Below, one piece after another: positions 40,563-50,974 of a stretch of DNA of 64,000 nucleotides. A program made the translations under genes and the position numbers. Within the stretch, counting starts at the first letter, position 1, and each line of letters opens with the position of its first letter. The stretch spans positions 576,001 through 640,000 of the forward strand of contig JAVZHQ010000001.1 in assembly GCA_038998335.1 (NCBI GenBank), in the 5' to 3' direction. Source of the stretch: Candidatus Aenigmatarchaeota archaeon (lineage in GTDB: Archaea; Aenigmatarchaeota; Aenigmatarchaeia; CG10238-14; SCSR01). The notes under the pieces are model-generated. The model did not search any database. It was not told the DNA's origin and saw nothing but the letters and a program-made list of their open reading frames with translations.

Positions 40563-43500
40563 ATGGAAAAAAGGATTTTTTACGCTCTTCTATTAGCTTT
40601 ACCCTTAATTTTTTCTATCCTTTATTTTTCTGGTTTTCTTAAATTGACAGGCTTTTTTGTTGGTTTTGGCCAGCCTGCAAGTGAATTCAAATGGTGGAAC
40701 ATTTCCTGGCATTATAGGGTAAGACTAGAAGTTAACACTTCTTCTTTTGAAAGAAAAAACTGGCCGGTAGAGTATAAAATAAACTTTACTGACTTGCTTC
40801 CCTATGGAAGTTTTGACGAGAACTCCACAAGAGTAATCGAATACAGCCAGGAAGGAGAGCTTTTAGGCGAGGTTCCAAGCCAGTTTGAAAAAGATGATGA
40901 TTTTAACTCAGAAAATAACGCTTTAGGTACTTTAGTCTTTTTCTTGAACGGTAGCAATCCAGCAAACACAAAAAGAATATTCTTTGTCTATTATGATATT
41001 TTGGAAAACGGACCAAAAGAAAAAAGAGAATACCCTTCAAGCATAAGCTATTTTTGGGATGGTGAAGAGCTTAACGTTAACGCTTCTGGTCTTTCCTACT
41101 GGATAGACACTTTAAGAGGAGAAAACACTTCTGGTTTATATAGAGTAAGGGGAATCGCTTCTCAGCAGGATATTTGGTCTATTCCAGACGAAACAAAAAG
41201 AACAATAGAGTATTCTCAATACTCAAATGGGAGCAATAACCTTAGCTTTGATTTCAAACACAACATGAGCCTAAAATTTTCAGGTCCAGTTAGGCTAGTT
41301 TTTGAGCAGAAAGGTTATGAAACCCTTTGGAATTCTGAAGAAAGAACAAACGAGGGTTTTATGATAAAAAGGTATTACTTTTACGATTTTGGTCTAGATG
41401 AAGAAAAATGGATAAAGATTGAAACTATTTTCAAAAATTTAGCATCTTACGAAATAGAAAGAAACTCAACTTTTGCAGGAGCCTTAGGCTTAGATGCATC
41501 AAGGGCTTTTGGCTCAAGCTGGCAGTCTGCTTTTGGGAATACAAGCTATCCTGGATGGTGGTATGCTTCTGATTTTTATAGTAGCTTCCACACAGGAATA
41601 ATTCATTTTAACAGAAGCGTAGAGAATTTCTTTATTCAAAACAGTAGTTCAAAGGATAGAATTGGAATAGAGCTTAATTTAACTTCCATTCCTCCAGGAA
41701 GCTCTATTTCAACAATAGCAATTCTTCACTTTAACGATACTTCAGGAGACTATACTCAAGTTAGAGAATTGAGAAACAAAATAGAAAATCCAGAGATAAT
41801 TATCCAATTCCTTCCAGAAGCTTGGTATGTTGAAATTATTCCTTCAACCAACTTTTCAATCTACAACAGGAATGAAAGCATTTTAATAAAAGCAAACATT
41901 TCTTTAGGCGACCCTTACAACTTAACAAAATTTATTAACGCTACTCTTGACATGGGAACTTCTTCTGAAGCTGACGACCAAACTATAATTTTATACGATG
42001 ATGGAAGCCATGAAGATGAAGTAGCTAACGATAAAGTTTTTACTAACTCTTTTGTTTTACCAAACAACGCACAAGTAGGAATATGGACGATTAACTTTAC
42101 TGCTTACTCAGAAGATCTTAAGTTCCTCAACTCAACTCTTTTAAGCTTTAACGTTACTGATGTTTTAAACGTAAGTGTAGTAGTCTTGAACAAAAAACCT
42201 ATGGTAAATTCTTTGGTAGTAGCAAACGTTTACGTGAAAAATTACAGACAAGATTCTTGGATTGCGGGAGCAGAAATAAACTGCACCTATGACTCTTCTG
42301 AAGTTTTAAACAAAACAGATTACAATAACGGAACTTATTCAGTTAACTTTACTGCTCCTTCAGAAGAAGGAGTTTATTATTTATTTTGCAACGCAACAAA
42401 AAACGGAAACTTTGGTAATAATTCAGATAGCTTTACAACAGAACCAGGAAAAACAAACTTGACAATAACAGCTGAACCTTCAAACCCAATTGTTTATAAC
42501 ATAACTTTATACCGAAACCAAAGCTTTGCTATTCTCGCAAACGCAACAAACTACGGAAATGGAACTGCTTATTCTACAAACATAAGCTTAGAGCTTCTTA
42601 ATGGCTGGACTGCAAACTCAACTCTTGAAGAATGCGGAGATATAGAAAAGCAAACTTTTTGTTTAAAATCTTTTAACATTACTGTTCCTAATGCTACGCC
42701 TCCTGGAGATTATTATATAAACGTTAGCGTTGCATGGAGAAACCCTGACACTACAATTTCTATCAACAAAACTGAAGTAAAGGTTACTGTTGCTTCAAAT
42801 CCTTTGATTAATATTAGCGAAGAAAAAGTTTCTGGTGAAGCAGGAGATGGAATTTGGAACTTGATTGGCAACTTTACTATTCTTTCAATAGGAAATGATA
42901 AACTAGAAAACATAAGTTTTAGTTGTTATTTTGGTAGAGTGTGTAGTGATTTTGAAGTTGAGTTTATTCCAAGTAATGTTTCTGTTATTCCTGCTGGTTC
43001 TAATTATAGTGTAGCTATTAATGTTTCAGTACCCCTAGGATATCCTAATGGAACCTATACTGGAATTGTAAATGTTTCTTCTGAGAATGATGGGTTTGAT
43101 AGTTTTGAAATAGAAATAAATATTCCGCCTAAAACTACTGTTAACGTTTCAACAAGCATAGCAAACTACACAGCAAAAAATATAACTCAAAAAGATAATG
43201 AAACGTTTTCTTTTGAAACTAGTGCAACAAACATAGGAAAAACAAGCGCAAGAAGCTTAAACTTAAGCTTGGAACTGCCAACAAGCTGGAAAGCAAACTT
43301 AACTTTTGAAAGCTGCAACAATTTAACAAAAGACGAATCCTGCTTAAAATCTTTTAGCATTACTGTTCCTAATGCTACGCCTCCTGGAGATTATTATATA
43401 AACGTTACTGCAAACTGGACTAACTTGGACAATTCTATAGGAACAAACAAAACATCGTTAAGAGTTACTGTTGCTTCCCATCCTTTGATTAATGTAAGTG

Positions 43501-46427
43501 AAGAAATAATTTATGGAATTGTGCCAGACGCTACTGAGCAAACCGTTGGTAACTTTACTATCCTTTCGATAGGAAATGATAAGTTGGAAAATGTAAGTTT
43601 TAGTTGTTATTCTGGAATAGTATGCAGTGATTTTTTTGTTGAGTTCATTCCAAGCAATGTTTCTAGTATTCCAGCTGGTTCTAATTATAGTGTGGCTATA
43701 AATGTTTCTGTACCTTTAGGATATGCTACTGGAACTTATACTGGAATTGTAAATGCTTCTTCTGGAAATGATGGGTTCGATAGTTTTGAAGTAGAAATTT
43801 TCGTTCCGATAAACAGAACTTGGACTATATTCCCAGAGTATTGTCAAAGAGCAGAAACTCCTGAGTATGGAGTAGCTTGCGAAGTAAACGTTTCGAACCT
43901 TGGAAACACTTACATAAACTTTAGTGTTTATCCTGAAGAAGGAAATTACACAAAAGTAAATGAAACTTATTTCTCTATAGAAAGACAAAGCTGGCATGTT
44001 TTCTCTATAACTTATAATGTTACTGGAGTTCCCATGGGAATTTACAACTCTACTTTTATAATAGACGCTATAGAAGAAGCAAACCCTGATAATAAAACTT
44101 TAACTGTTACGCTACTTCCTTACGTTGAGCCAATAATAAACATAAGCATAATTCCAAACACTACTGAGCAATTCTCTCCCATAGAAATTTTTGCAAACAT
44201 TACTGATAAATCAAACACAGGAATTGCCTGGGCAAGAGTTAACATTACTCAGCCTAATGCTACTCTACAAACTTTTGAAATGGAAAAAATTTATGAAAGC
44301 GGAAACCTTTCAACTTGGTATTTAAAGTATGAGGCTGAAAATACGAGCTTGCAAGGAAGGTATAATATTACTGTTTTTGCAAGGGATAATGTTGGCAATA
44401 CAGGAGAGAAAAACTCTTCTTTCATAATATTTGCAAAGTTAAGCATTTCAGTTTCAACGCTTTCAGAAAAGTATTACCAAGGTGATACTGGTTCAATATA
44501 TTATTCTGTGAGAGATGCTAGCAATCAACCTTTAGCAAAAGTTAACGTAACTTTCAGGATAGAAGATTCAAACAAAAATCTAACGTTTAAAGCAAGCTAT
44601 TTAACTAACGAAGACGGAATGATTTATCCTTTGCCAAGCTTTACTCTTCCTTCTGATTCTCCTTTAGGAGTTTATACTCTAATTTCAGACTCAGAATATG
44701 TTGATGAAGAATCAGGAACTGTTTCCAGAGTTCAAAGGAATAGTAGCTTCCAAGTTCTTTCAAGAACAGTCACTGTTACTGGTTTGTTTGCTGATGTAGA
44801 AACTGCTGTTGTTTGGTATCCTGAAAACATAATGAAGTTCGGGATTCTTGTTTATAATGGCGAAGGCAAACCTGTTGACCCTACTTCGATGAATTTAACA
44901 GTTTATGATCCTGCAGGCAACTTATACTTTTCTTCTTCTCTTTCACAAATGTCTAGACAAGCTACAGGCTTTTACACTTACAGCTATGCCATGCCTGCTA
45001 ATACTCCTAGCGGAATGTACTTAGCAGTCTTGAACGCAACTCAAAACGAGTTTCAAACAATGAAGCTTAAGGCTTTTAGAGTAGCAAGAGGTGGACCTTA
45101 TGACTTGTGGCTAGAGCTTTTTGAACATGAAGTGATGCAAGGCGATTACTTAGATTTTGCAGTAACTATTGAAAATAAAGGCGAAGTTTCACAAGATGTT
45201 TATCTTGAATGGTGGGTTTCTTCTGAGAATAAAACTTACTATTCAAGCTCTGGTTGGGTTTATACCCCTGCTCATTCAAACCAAACAGTAACTCAGCAAG
45301 CTTATATTTTCACTTCACAGCCAGTTGGAACTTACGAGCTAAACGTAAAGATGACTTACGATACTGTTCAACCTCCTTTAATAGTAAGCGAAACTTTTAT
45401 CGTTACAGTTAAAGAGCTAATCCTGCCAAACATAACTTATCCTAACATAACTTATCCTATATACATTCCATCTTATCCTGTAGTAACTCCTGCTCCTGTA
45501 GCAATACCAACACCCACAGCAGTTTTGCCCGCAAGTATTTCTATAATAAACTATAATAGCAACATAAGCCTAGTAAGGGGAACTAAAAAGACTGAAAGCG
45601 TTACTGTAAAAAACACAGGAATAGCTGATTTAGCAAACGTAACTGTTTTTCTTGTAGGAATTCCAACAACTTGGTTTACTGTTGTCCCAGACTTTGTTAG
45701 TGTTTTACCACCAGAAAACTCTTCAGTATTCTTAATCAACTTTGACGTTCCGAAAAATGCTTTGCCAGGAGAGTACAGAGTAATATTAACTGCAGTTTCT
45801 GGAGTGGTAAGCGATCAAAAAACAATAACCATAACAGTTTACGAATCCTTAGAAGAGCTGCTTAAGGCTGAGATAGAAAAGCTGAAGGAAGATGTAAAAG
45901 CTCTAGAAAGAGAAATAAGTATAGCAGAAAAAGAAGGAAAAAATGTTAGTAGCGTTTTGGTTTATCTTGAAGAAATAAAAACACAAATAGATCAAGCAGA
46001 AATAAACCTTGCGAACAACAGAACAGAAGAAGCAATTGAAAATATAGCAACAGCAAAAGGTTTGATAGAAAAAGCTAGAGAAATACTCCTTAGGTTAAAA
46101 CCTCCTGTTGTTGAAGTTTTTGTCTTGCCTTACTGGCTCATCTTGCTAATAGCTGTAATAATAGCTTGCCTAATAATAGCGATAATCTTGATAAGAAAGA
46201 AAGGGATGCCGAGCATAAGGATTAAACCTGCTTTGCCTGCCTTGCCCAAAAAAGTTGAAAAAGTTGAGGCTAAGGAAGAACTTGTAAGAGAAAAAGAAAA
46301 GCTCTTGAGAACTCTAGAAATTCTTGAAAAGGAAAGAAAAGAAGGGATAATAAGCCTTGCTTCCTATACTGAAATGAAAAAGAGTATAGAGGAAAGACTA
46401 CAAAAAATAGAGAAAAAGCTCAAGTAG
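40563..46427 (+). CDS. Large (1954 aa) surface glycoprotein: N-terminal hydrophobic segment, DUF2341-like start, many Ig-like domains, helical bundle, C-terminal TM and cytoplasmic tail
   Basis: Signal/TM at the N-terminus; WWNISWHYRVRLEV motif; LYDDGSHEDEVANDKVFT; many sequons; Pro-rich linker; TM YWLILLIAVIIACLIIAIILI followed by RKK. Confidence 0.9.
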   Translation: MEKRIFYALLLALPLIFSILYFSGFLKLTGFFVGFGQPASEFKWWNISWHYRVRLEVNTSSFERKNWPVEYKINFTDLLPYGSFDENSTRVIEYSQEGELLGEVPSQFEKDDDFNSENNALGTLVFFLNGSNPANTKRIFFVYYDILENGPKEKREYPSSISYFWDGEELNVNASGLSYWIDTLRGENTSGLYRVRGIASQQDIWSIPDETKRTIEYSQYSNGSNNLSFDFKHNMSLKFSGPVRLVFEQKGYETLWNSEERTNEGFMIKRYYFYDFGLDEEKWIKIETIFKNLASYEIERNSTFAGALGLDASRAFGSSWQSAFGNTSYPGWWYASDFYSSFHTGIIHFNRSVENFFIQNSSSKDRIGIELNLTSIPPGSSISTIAILHFNDTSGDYTQVRELRNKIENPEIIIQFLPEAWYVEIIPSTNFSIYNRNESILIKANISLGDPYNLTKFINATLDMGTSSEADDQTIILYDDGSHEDEVANDKVFTNSFVLPNNAQVGIWTINFTAYSEDLKFLNSTLLSFNVTDVLNVSVVVLNKKPMVNSLVVANVYVKNYRQDSWIAGAEINCTYDSSEVLNKTDYNNGTYSVNFTAPSEEGVYYLFCNATKNGNFGNNSDSFTTEPGKTNLTITAEPSNPIVYNITLYRNQSFAILANATNYGNGTAYSTNISLELLNGWTANSTLEECGDIEKQTFCLKSFNITVPNATPPGDYYINVSVAWRNPDTTISINKTEVKVTVASNPLINISEEKVSGEAGDGIWNLIGNFTILSIGNDKLENISFSCYFGRVCSDFEVEFIPSNVSVIPAGSNYSVAINVSVPLGYPNGTYTGIVNVSSENDGFDSFEIEINIPPKTTVNVSTSIANYTAKNITQKDNETFSFETSATNIGKTSARSLNLSLELPTSWKANLTFESCNNLTKDESCLKSFSITVPNATPPGDYYINVTANWTNLDNSIGTNKTSLRVTVASHPLINVSEEIIYGIVPDATEQTVGNFTILSIGNDKLENVSFSCYSGIVCSDFFVEFIPSNVSSIPAGSNYSVAINVSVPLGYATGTYTGIVNASSGNDGFDSFEVEIFVPINRTWTIFPEYCQRAETPEYGVACEVNVSNLGNTYINFSVYPEEGNYTKVNETYFSIERQSWHVFSITYNVTGVPMGIYNSTFIIDAIEEANPDNKTLTVTLLPYVEPIINISIIPNTTEQFSPIEIFANITDKSNTGIAWARVNITQPNATLQTFEMEKIYESGNLSTWYLKYEAENTSLQGRYNITVFARDNVGNTGEKNSSFIIFAKLSISVSTLSEKYYQGDTGSIYYSVRDASNQPLAKVNVTFRIEDSNKNLTFKASYLTNEDGMIYPLPSFTLPSDSPLGVYTLISDSEYVDEESGTVSRVQRNSSFQVLSRTVTVTGLFADVETAVVWYPENIMKFGILVYNGEGKPVDPTSMNLTVYDPAGNLYFSSSLSQMSRQATGFYTYSYAMPANTPSGMYLAVLNATQNEFQTMKLKAFRVARGGPYDLWLELFEHEVMQGDYLDFAVTIENKGEVSQDVYLEWWVSSENKTYYSSSGWVYTPAHSNQTVTQQAYIFTSQPVGTYELNVKMTYDTVQPPLIVSETFIVTVKELILPNITYPNITYPIYIPSYPVVTPAPVAIPTPTAVLPASISIINYNSNISLVRGTKKTESVTVKNTGIADLANVTVFLVGIPTTWFTVVPDFVSVLPPENSSVFLINFDVPKNALPGEYRVILTAVSGVVSDQKTITITVYESLEELLKAEIEKLKEDVKALEREISIAEKEGKNVSSVLVYLEEIKTQIDQAEINLANNRTEEAIENIATAKGLIEKAREILLRLKPPVVEVFVLPYWLILLIAVIIACLIIAIILIRKKGMPSIRIKPALPALPKKVEKVEAKEELVREKEKLLRTLEILEKERKEGIISLASYTEMKKSIEERLQKIEKKLK
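42450..43830 (+). repeat. Tandem duplication of a 227-aa (681 bp offset) two-domain module within the 1954-aa gene
   Basis: Identical 50-bp stretch at 42677-42726 and 43358-43407. Protein repeats ITVPNATPPGDYYINV, GNFTILSIGNDKLEN and IPAGSNYSVAINVSVPLGY. Confidence 0.92.
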
Positions 46428-48714
46428 GTTCCTTTTCAACTCTTTCTATCAAATCATTAAAAGCTTGAATAGGGCTTTCTTTTCTCCTTCTTATTTCCAT
46501 CTTTATGTCCGAAAGCAAGTTTTTAATCCTTTCTCTTTCTTTAACTCTTTTCTTTGTTTTTTTAAGTACAAAAGCAAGAGAAACACAAAAAACAGCAAAA
46601 ATCGAAAGGTAGATTAAATCAGATTTTGTTAAAGGTAGCTCAGGTAAGCTGAAAGCAGCAGAAGGCATGCTTATGCTTTGAGTTGCATTTTCGCTTACGA
46701 TCGTTAAACCAAAAACTTCTTCCTTAGAAAAATCTTCTGAAAAGATTTTGAAAGTTAGGCTTAAAGTTTCTTCTTTTGCATCGCTTGGAATAGTAAAAAT
46801 AACTGGTAAGTCAAGCTTTTCTCCTACTTCAATTTTATCTACTCTTTCCTGAACCTTAAAGTAGCTTTCTGGTAAACCTGTTATGCTTATAGATAAGTTT
46901 AGAATTTGTGTTTGACCTGTGTTTATTAAAGAGAAAATTATTGTTCTGTTTTCTCCTTTTAAAATTCTTATAGTGTCTGGAACTACCAAAGAAACTTCTC
47001 TTTTTTTAACAACTTGGAAAGCTAAGGATTTGTTTGAGCTTATGTAGGAACCTTTCTCAGCACTTATTAGAACTTTATAAGTTCCTTCACTTTCTGGAGC
47101 AAAAAACTCAAAGTAAAATATTCCAGAAGAATCAGAATAAGTTGAAACGTTAAGCCCAAAATCTGAGCTAGCTTTTATTAAAGCGTTTGGAACTAAGCTA
47201 TTAGTTTCATCTTTAACCAAACCCCTAACCTTAACGATTTCTTTTAGTGTGTAAGAGCTTTTTTCAAAGGAAAAGTCTAAAACTAAGGATTTTCTTGTTC
47301 CTATCGCATAAGCTGATAAGCTTTTTGTTTCTATCGTAACTAAATTACTCACTGCATCTATAGTTGCAACTTCTTTTTTCCATTCTGAGTTGCAAAACTT
47401 GTTCGAAGGGTTAAAATCACTACACTTATAAACAACTAAATCTTTCTCGTTAGAAACTTTTCTTTCGTCATATCTCATTGAAATTTTAGCACTTGAATAA
47501 GGAAGCTTAAACTCAAAGACAAAAAGTCCTGCAACTCTTATTCCCTCAACATCACTATCAAAGAAATAATACTTTATAGGATCTTCAAAACTGCTGATAG
47601 TTACGTTATAAAGATAAAGAGTTGCCTGAGGAAAGCTTATTTGCAAATTATAATTCCCAGGAACTAAAAAACCAGAATAAGAGCCTGAAGAATCGGTAAC
47701 AAACTTTCTTTCTTGTCCATCTTTAAAAAACTTTATTTCAGTAGAGATTCCTTGATTGTTAAGGTCAGCAATTTTTCCAGAAGCTTGGAAAACATAAGCT
47801 ATTGTTTTTTTCTGTGCTACAGAATAATTTTTATAGTTCATAGTAACTAATAAATCATACTCTCCCGGACTTAGCTCAGGAGCTTGAAATTCTAGTTTAA
47901 AAGCACTTCCTGAAGAGTATAAGTTTATCTTATCTTTTTCTATTTCTTCTGAACCTACTTTAATCGATAAATAATCTTTCGTTAATAAAACTGGCTCACC
48001 TCTTTCTAAAGCAGAAATTGTTAGGCTGATCGTATCTCCTGCTTTAACTTCTTTCTTATCTAAGGATAAACTTAGCTCTAAGGGTTGTTTAACTTCAAAA
48101 GTTTTTCCAAGCTTTATTTGTTTGATTTCATAGCCTTGAACAGAAACATTAGCTAAAACTTCAAGGTTGTAGGTTCCTAAAGCTTTAGGAACCTCTAAAA
48201 GCAAGGTGTAGAAAGGAGAAGAATAGTACCAACCTTTCAAGTTTATTGGCTTGGTAGAAAAGCTAACTTGATTCTCGCTTAAAGGCGAACCATCTTTTTT
48301 AACCGAAAGAACAAGGGTTGCTATTTCATCTCCCAAATAACCCTGGCTTAAAGACTCTATTTTTGCCTCAAGATTAGAGACATAAAAATTGTAAAGGCTT
48401 GAGAATTCTCCAGAAGAATTTTTGCAAGTTAGGTTAAGAGTGTAGAGAGAGGGTTTCGGAGCTATTTCAAAAAAATAACTTGGAATTTCTGCTTTGAAAA
48501 GATTTTCCTTTGTGAAAGTAAAATCCATTTTTACAGGTTCTTCTATTCTTCCTGAAACCTGCGAAGCATCACTACAGTTAACTAAAATTTCAATTTTTTC
48601 ACATTCGTTATATAAACAAAAAACATTCTCTGGATTGAGCTTTACTTCAAAGGCATAAGCTTTGCTTAGAATAAAGAAGAAAGCTAAAGCTGAAATTAGG
48701 AAGAGCTTTTTCAT
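46420..48714 (-). CDS. Secreted, C-terminally anchored multi-Ig-domain protein (~764 aa) with a PGF-pre-PGF-like module
   Basis: ATG at 48714 overlaps the MinD stop (ATGA) and gives a clean signal peptide MKKLFLISALAFFFILSKAYA; C-terminal TM IYLSIFAVFCVSLAFVL followed by a basic tail. Confidence 0.87.
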   Translation of the reverse strand: MKKLFLISALAFFFILSKAYAFEVKLNPENVFCLYNECEKIEILVNCSDASQVSGRIEEPVKMDFTFTKENLFKAEIPSYFFEIAPKPSLYTLNLTCKNSSGEFSSLYNFYVSNLEAKIESLSQGYLGDEIATLVLSVKKDGSPLSENQVSFSTKPINLKGWYYSSPFYTLLLEVPKALGTYNLEVLANVSVQGYEIKQIKLGKTFEVKQPLELSLSLDKKEVKAGDTISLTISALERGEPVLLTKDYLSIKVGSEEIEKDKINLYSSGSAFKLEFQAPELSPGEYDLLVTMNYKNYSVAQKKTIAYVFQASGKIADLNNQGISTEIKFFKDGQERKFVTDSSGSYSGFLVPGNYNLQISFPQATLYLYNVTISSFEDPIKYYFFDSDVEGIRVAGLFVFEFKLPYSSAKISMRYDERKVSNEKDLVVYKCSDFNPSNKFCNSEWKKEVATIDAVSNLVTIETKSLSAYAIGTRKSLVLDFSFEKSSYTLKEIVKVRGLVKDETNSLVPNALIKASSDFGLNVSTYSDSSGIFYFEFFAPESEGTYKVLISAEKGSYISSNKSLAFQVVKKREVSLVVPDTIRILKGENRTIIFSLINTGQTQILNLSISITGLPESYFKVQERVDKIEVGEKLDLPVIFTIPSDAKEETLSLTFKIFSEDFSKEEVFGLTIVSENATQSISMPSAAFSLPELPLTKSDLIYLSIFAVFCVSLAFVLKKTKKRVKERERIKNLLSDIKMEIRRRKESPIQAFNDLIERVEKEPT

Positions 48715-49658
48715 CTTCTTAACCCCCAAAAAATGCTTTTAACTCTTTCTGAAAACGAGGAAGAATACCTAAAACCTAGAAGCTTTGCAGCTATTTTCTT
48801 GAATTCTAGTGAAGATTTAGAGTAAGGGTTAAGGAAAAAAGCTGGAAACTGCTTGTGAATGCTTTTCCTTATCGTTTTATCCTCTGGTACAACTCCAAGA
48901 ACAGGCAATTCACAAGCGCTTTCGATTTCCTTATAGTTTAGCTGCTCCTTCTCTTTTCTATACCGATTGACTATTATTCCTAAAGGTTTAGCACCAACTT
49001 CCTTACAAATCTCTATTGTTTTTATGGCATCTATAACAGAAGGAAGCTCGGGCAAAGTTACTACTATCACTTCCTTACAAGCTTTTATTACTTCAACGCT
49101 ATTCGAATCCAAACCAGGAGGAGAATCCACTAATACAATAGAATTTTCAAAAAAGTTTGAGCTCAAGACTTTTGAAAGATTGGAAATTTTTGTCTCTTCA
49201 AGGGAAAGAGAGGCAGGAATTATTCTTAAACCTGAAGGATGGATGTAAACTGCGCTGAGTATATCTGCATTATCGTTTAAAACATCGTTAAGCGTTGTAG
49301 AGAAATAGTACATGCCAAGTTGCAAACCTAAGCCAGACATTTTTACGTCAGAGTCCAAAGCTATAACATCTTTTCCAAAACTCATTAGGGCGCAAGCCAA
49401 GTTTATTGTAACTACAGTTTTGCCTACTCCTCCTTTTCCAGAAATTATCCCTATTGCTTTTGAGCTTTTTTCTTGCTTTAGAGTGTAAACGTTTGATTTC
49501 CCAACAACAAAAAGGTTGAGCTTACCTTGCTGCCTTAAGCTTTCTAGGTAGCCTGAAGCTTTGTCTTTGCTTATTCCTAGAGAATTTGCTACTTGCGTTA
49601 CTGACATCAAACTTGAACTTAATAAAGATAGAATTCTTCTTTCGATATTCTCTTCCAC
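48711..49658 (-). CDS. minD: MinD/ParA-family ATPase with N-terminal winged helix-turn-helix
   Basis: N-terminal ILSLL..MSVTQVANSLGISKDKASGYLESLRQQGKL (HTH); deviant Walker A SGKGGVGKT; DSPPGL; GIIVNR; amphipathic C-terminus. Confidence 0.88.
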   Translation of the reverse strand: MEENIERRILSLLSSSLMSVTQVANSLGISKDKASGYLESLRQQGKLNLFVVGKSNVYTLKQEKSSKAIGIISGKGGVGKTVVTINLACALMSFGKDVIALDSDVKMSGLGLQLGMYYFSTTLNDVLNDNADILSAVYIHPSGLRIIPASLSLEETKISNLSKVLSSNFFENSIVLVDSPPGLDSNSVEVIKACKEVIVVTLPELPSVIDAIKTIEICKEVGAKPLGIIVNRYRKEKEQLNYKEIESACELPVLGVVPEDKTIRKSIHKQFPAFFLNPYSKSSLEFKKIAAKLLGFRYSSSFSERVKSIFWGLRR

Positions 49659-49732
49659 AATTATAATTTGTTTTTTTGCAATATTATTTCTTTCACATGT
49701 CAGCCATATAGCAAGAAAAAATCTTCATATAG

Positions 49733-50470
49733 CTAAAGGTTAAGGACAACGCTAAGCTTGTCTGTTAAGAGGTGAAGATACTTAAGCAAACCTTCCTCCT
49801 TTTCTAAATAAAATGAGTTTGAGTAATAGTAGTTTCCATCCTCGCTAACTATTTCCAATTTAATCTCATGTGGGAACCAAACTTGGTAGCTAAAGGGAAT
49901 AACAACTTCTGTGTTCTTGTTTTCCTTGATTTCAAGCTTCTTTTGCTCAAAAACCCATCCTGGTAAGAAGTTGCTAGGAATAACGAAAACTTTTAGCGAT
50001 TTGTTAGCTTTAACTTCAAACCTTATGTAATTATCGTAAACCCTGAAGTTCTTTACTTGAAAAATGTTTTCAGGTTTTTTCTGGTTTTCCAAGGTTATGT
50101 TTAAATATTTTTCAAGCATTTCGTTCGCGTAGTAGACCCTTAACCTTAAAGTTAGATTTTCTGTTTTTGGAGAATAGTAAAATAGTTCAAAATTTTTCGC
50201 TTCACCTGGCATTAAGGTTTCCTCTTTGCTCCAGCCAGTAAAAAGAATTTCACTAGAGTTTAAAACGTCAAGCCTGGCTCTTGCTTTGTAGGCAACGCTT
50301 CCTGTGTTAAAAAATTCTAGGTTGAGCTTTAAAATTCCGTCCTTAGCTTCAGAAAAAATTGCGGTAAAATTTCCTTTGAGTTCAGGCTTAATCCCAACTT
50401 TTAAAATAGATGCTGAGCTTAGGAAGAAAAATAAAAGAAAAACGACTAAGAGTAAAATAAGCGATTTCAT
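49733..50470 (-). CDS. Secreted two-Ig-domain protein (245 aa)
   Basis: Signal peptide; FFNTGSVAYKARARLDV..TLMPGE motif shared with two neighbours. Confidence 0.8.
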   Translation of the reverse strand: MKSLILLLVVFLLFFFLSSASILKVGIKPELKGNFTAIFSEAKDGILKLNLEFFNTGSVAYKARARLDVLNSSEILFTGWSKEETLMPGEAKNFELFYYSPKTENLTLRLRVYYANEMLEKYLNITLENQKKPENIFQVKNFRVYDNYIRFEVKANKSLKVFVIPSNFLPGWVFEQKKLEIKENKNTEVVIPFSYQVWFPHEIKLEIVSEDGNYYYSNSFYLEKEEGLLKYLHLLTDKLSVVLNL

Positions 50471-50473
50471 TTT

Positions 50474-50974
50474 TCACACCAAGCTTTCAAGAAAACTTAA
50501 GTTTGGCTTCCTAACTATAACATCTATCTGCCCTGAATAATTCCCTATTCTTGAAACTTTTGAAGTGTTAAGAAAAACTACTATCGTTTCAGACTGGTTT
50601 GAGTAGAGAATAAAATTGTCTTTGCTAAAGCTAACAAAAGGTTTGATCTCGCCGTAAACTTTAAAATAAACTCTTACTCTACTTTTTTCAAAGTTTGAGA
50701 TAACAACTTGCCTTCTTCCGTAACCTGATAAAGGAATTATCCCAAAGTTAAGGTTCCATGGATCTGCAACTAAACCTACTGTTATGTTTTTTTCCTCAAA
50801 AGGAATTATCTCTACTCTTAAAGGATAGCTTGTTACTTCAAAAGTGAAGAAAAAGTTTGAAGATTTTTGAAAGCTCATGTTTTCTACTAAGCTTTTTGGT
50901 TCAGAGTACCCTGGAAATAAAGCCATAAGCACTGCTAGAAAAATTAAAAACAAGATAAAAATTTTACTCTTCAT
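50474..50974 (-). CDS. Small secreted single beta-sandwich protein (~166 aa)
   Basis: ATG at 50974 gives a signal or anchor MKSKIFILFLIFLAVLMALFP; LNFGIIP and terminal GNYSGQIDVIV strand. Confidence 0.78.
   Translation of the reverse strand: MKSKIFILFLIFLAVLMALFPGYSEPKSLVENMSFQKSSNFFFTFEVTSYPLRVEIIPFEEKNITVGLVADPWNLNFGIIPLSGYGRRQVVISNFEKSRVRVYFKVYGEIKPFVSFSKDNFILYSNQSETIVVFLNTSKVSRIGNYSGQIDVIVRKPNLSFLESLV

Noticed and set aside
42677-43790. Template/variable repeat pair of a diversity-generating retroelement
   Set aside because: No reverse transcriptase is in the window, both copies are in one reading frame, and mismatches are not confined to adenines.
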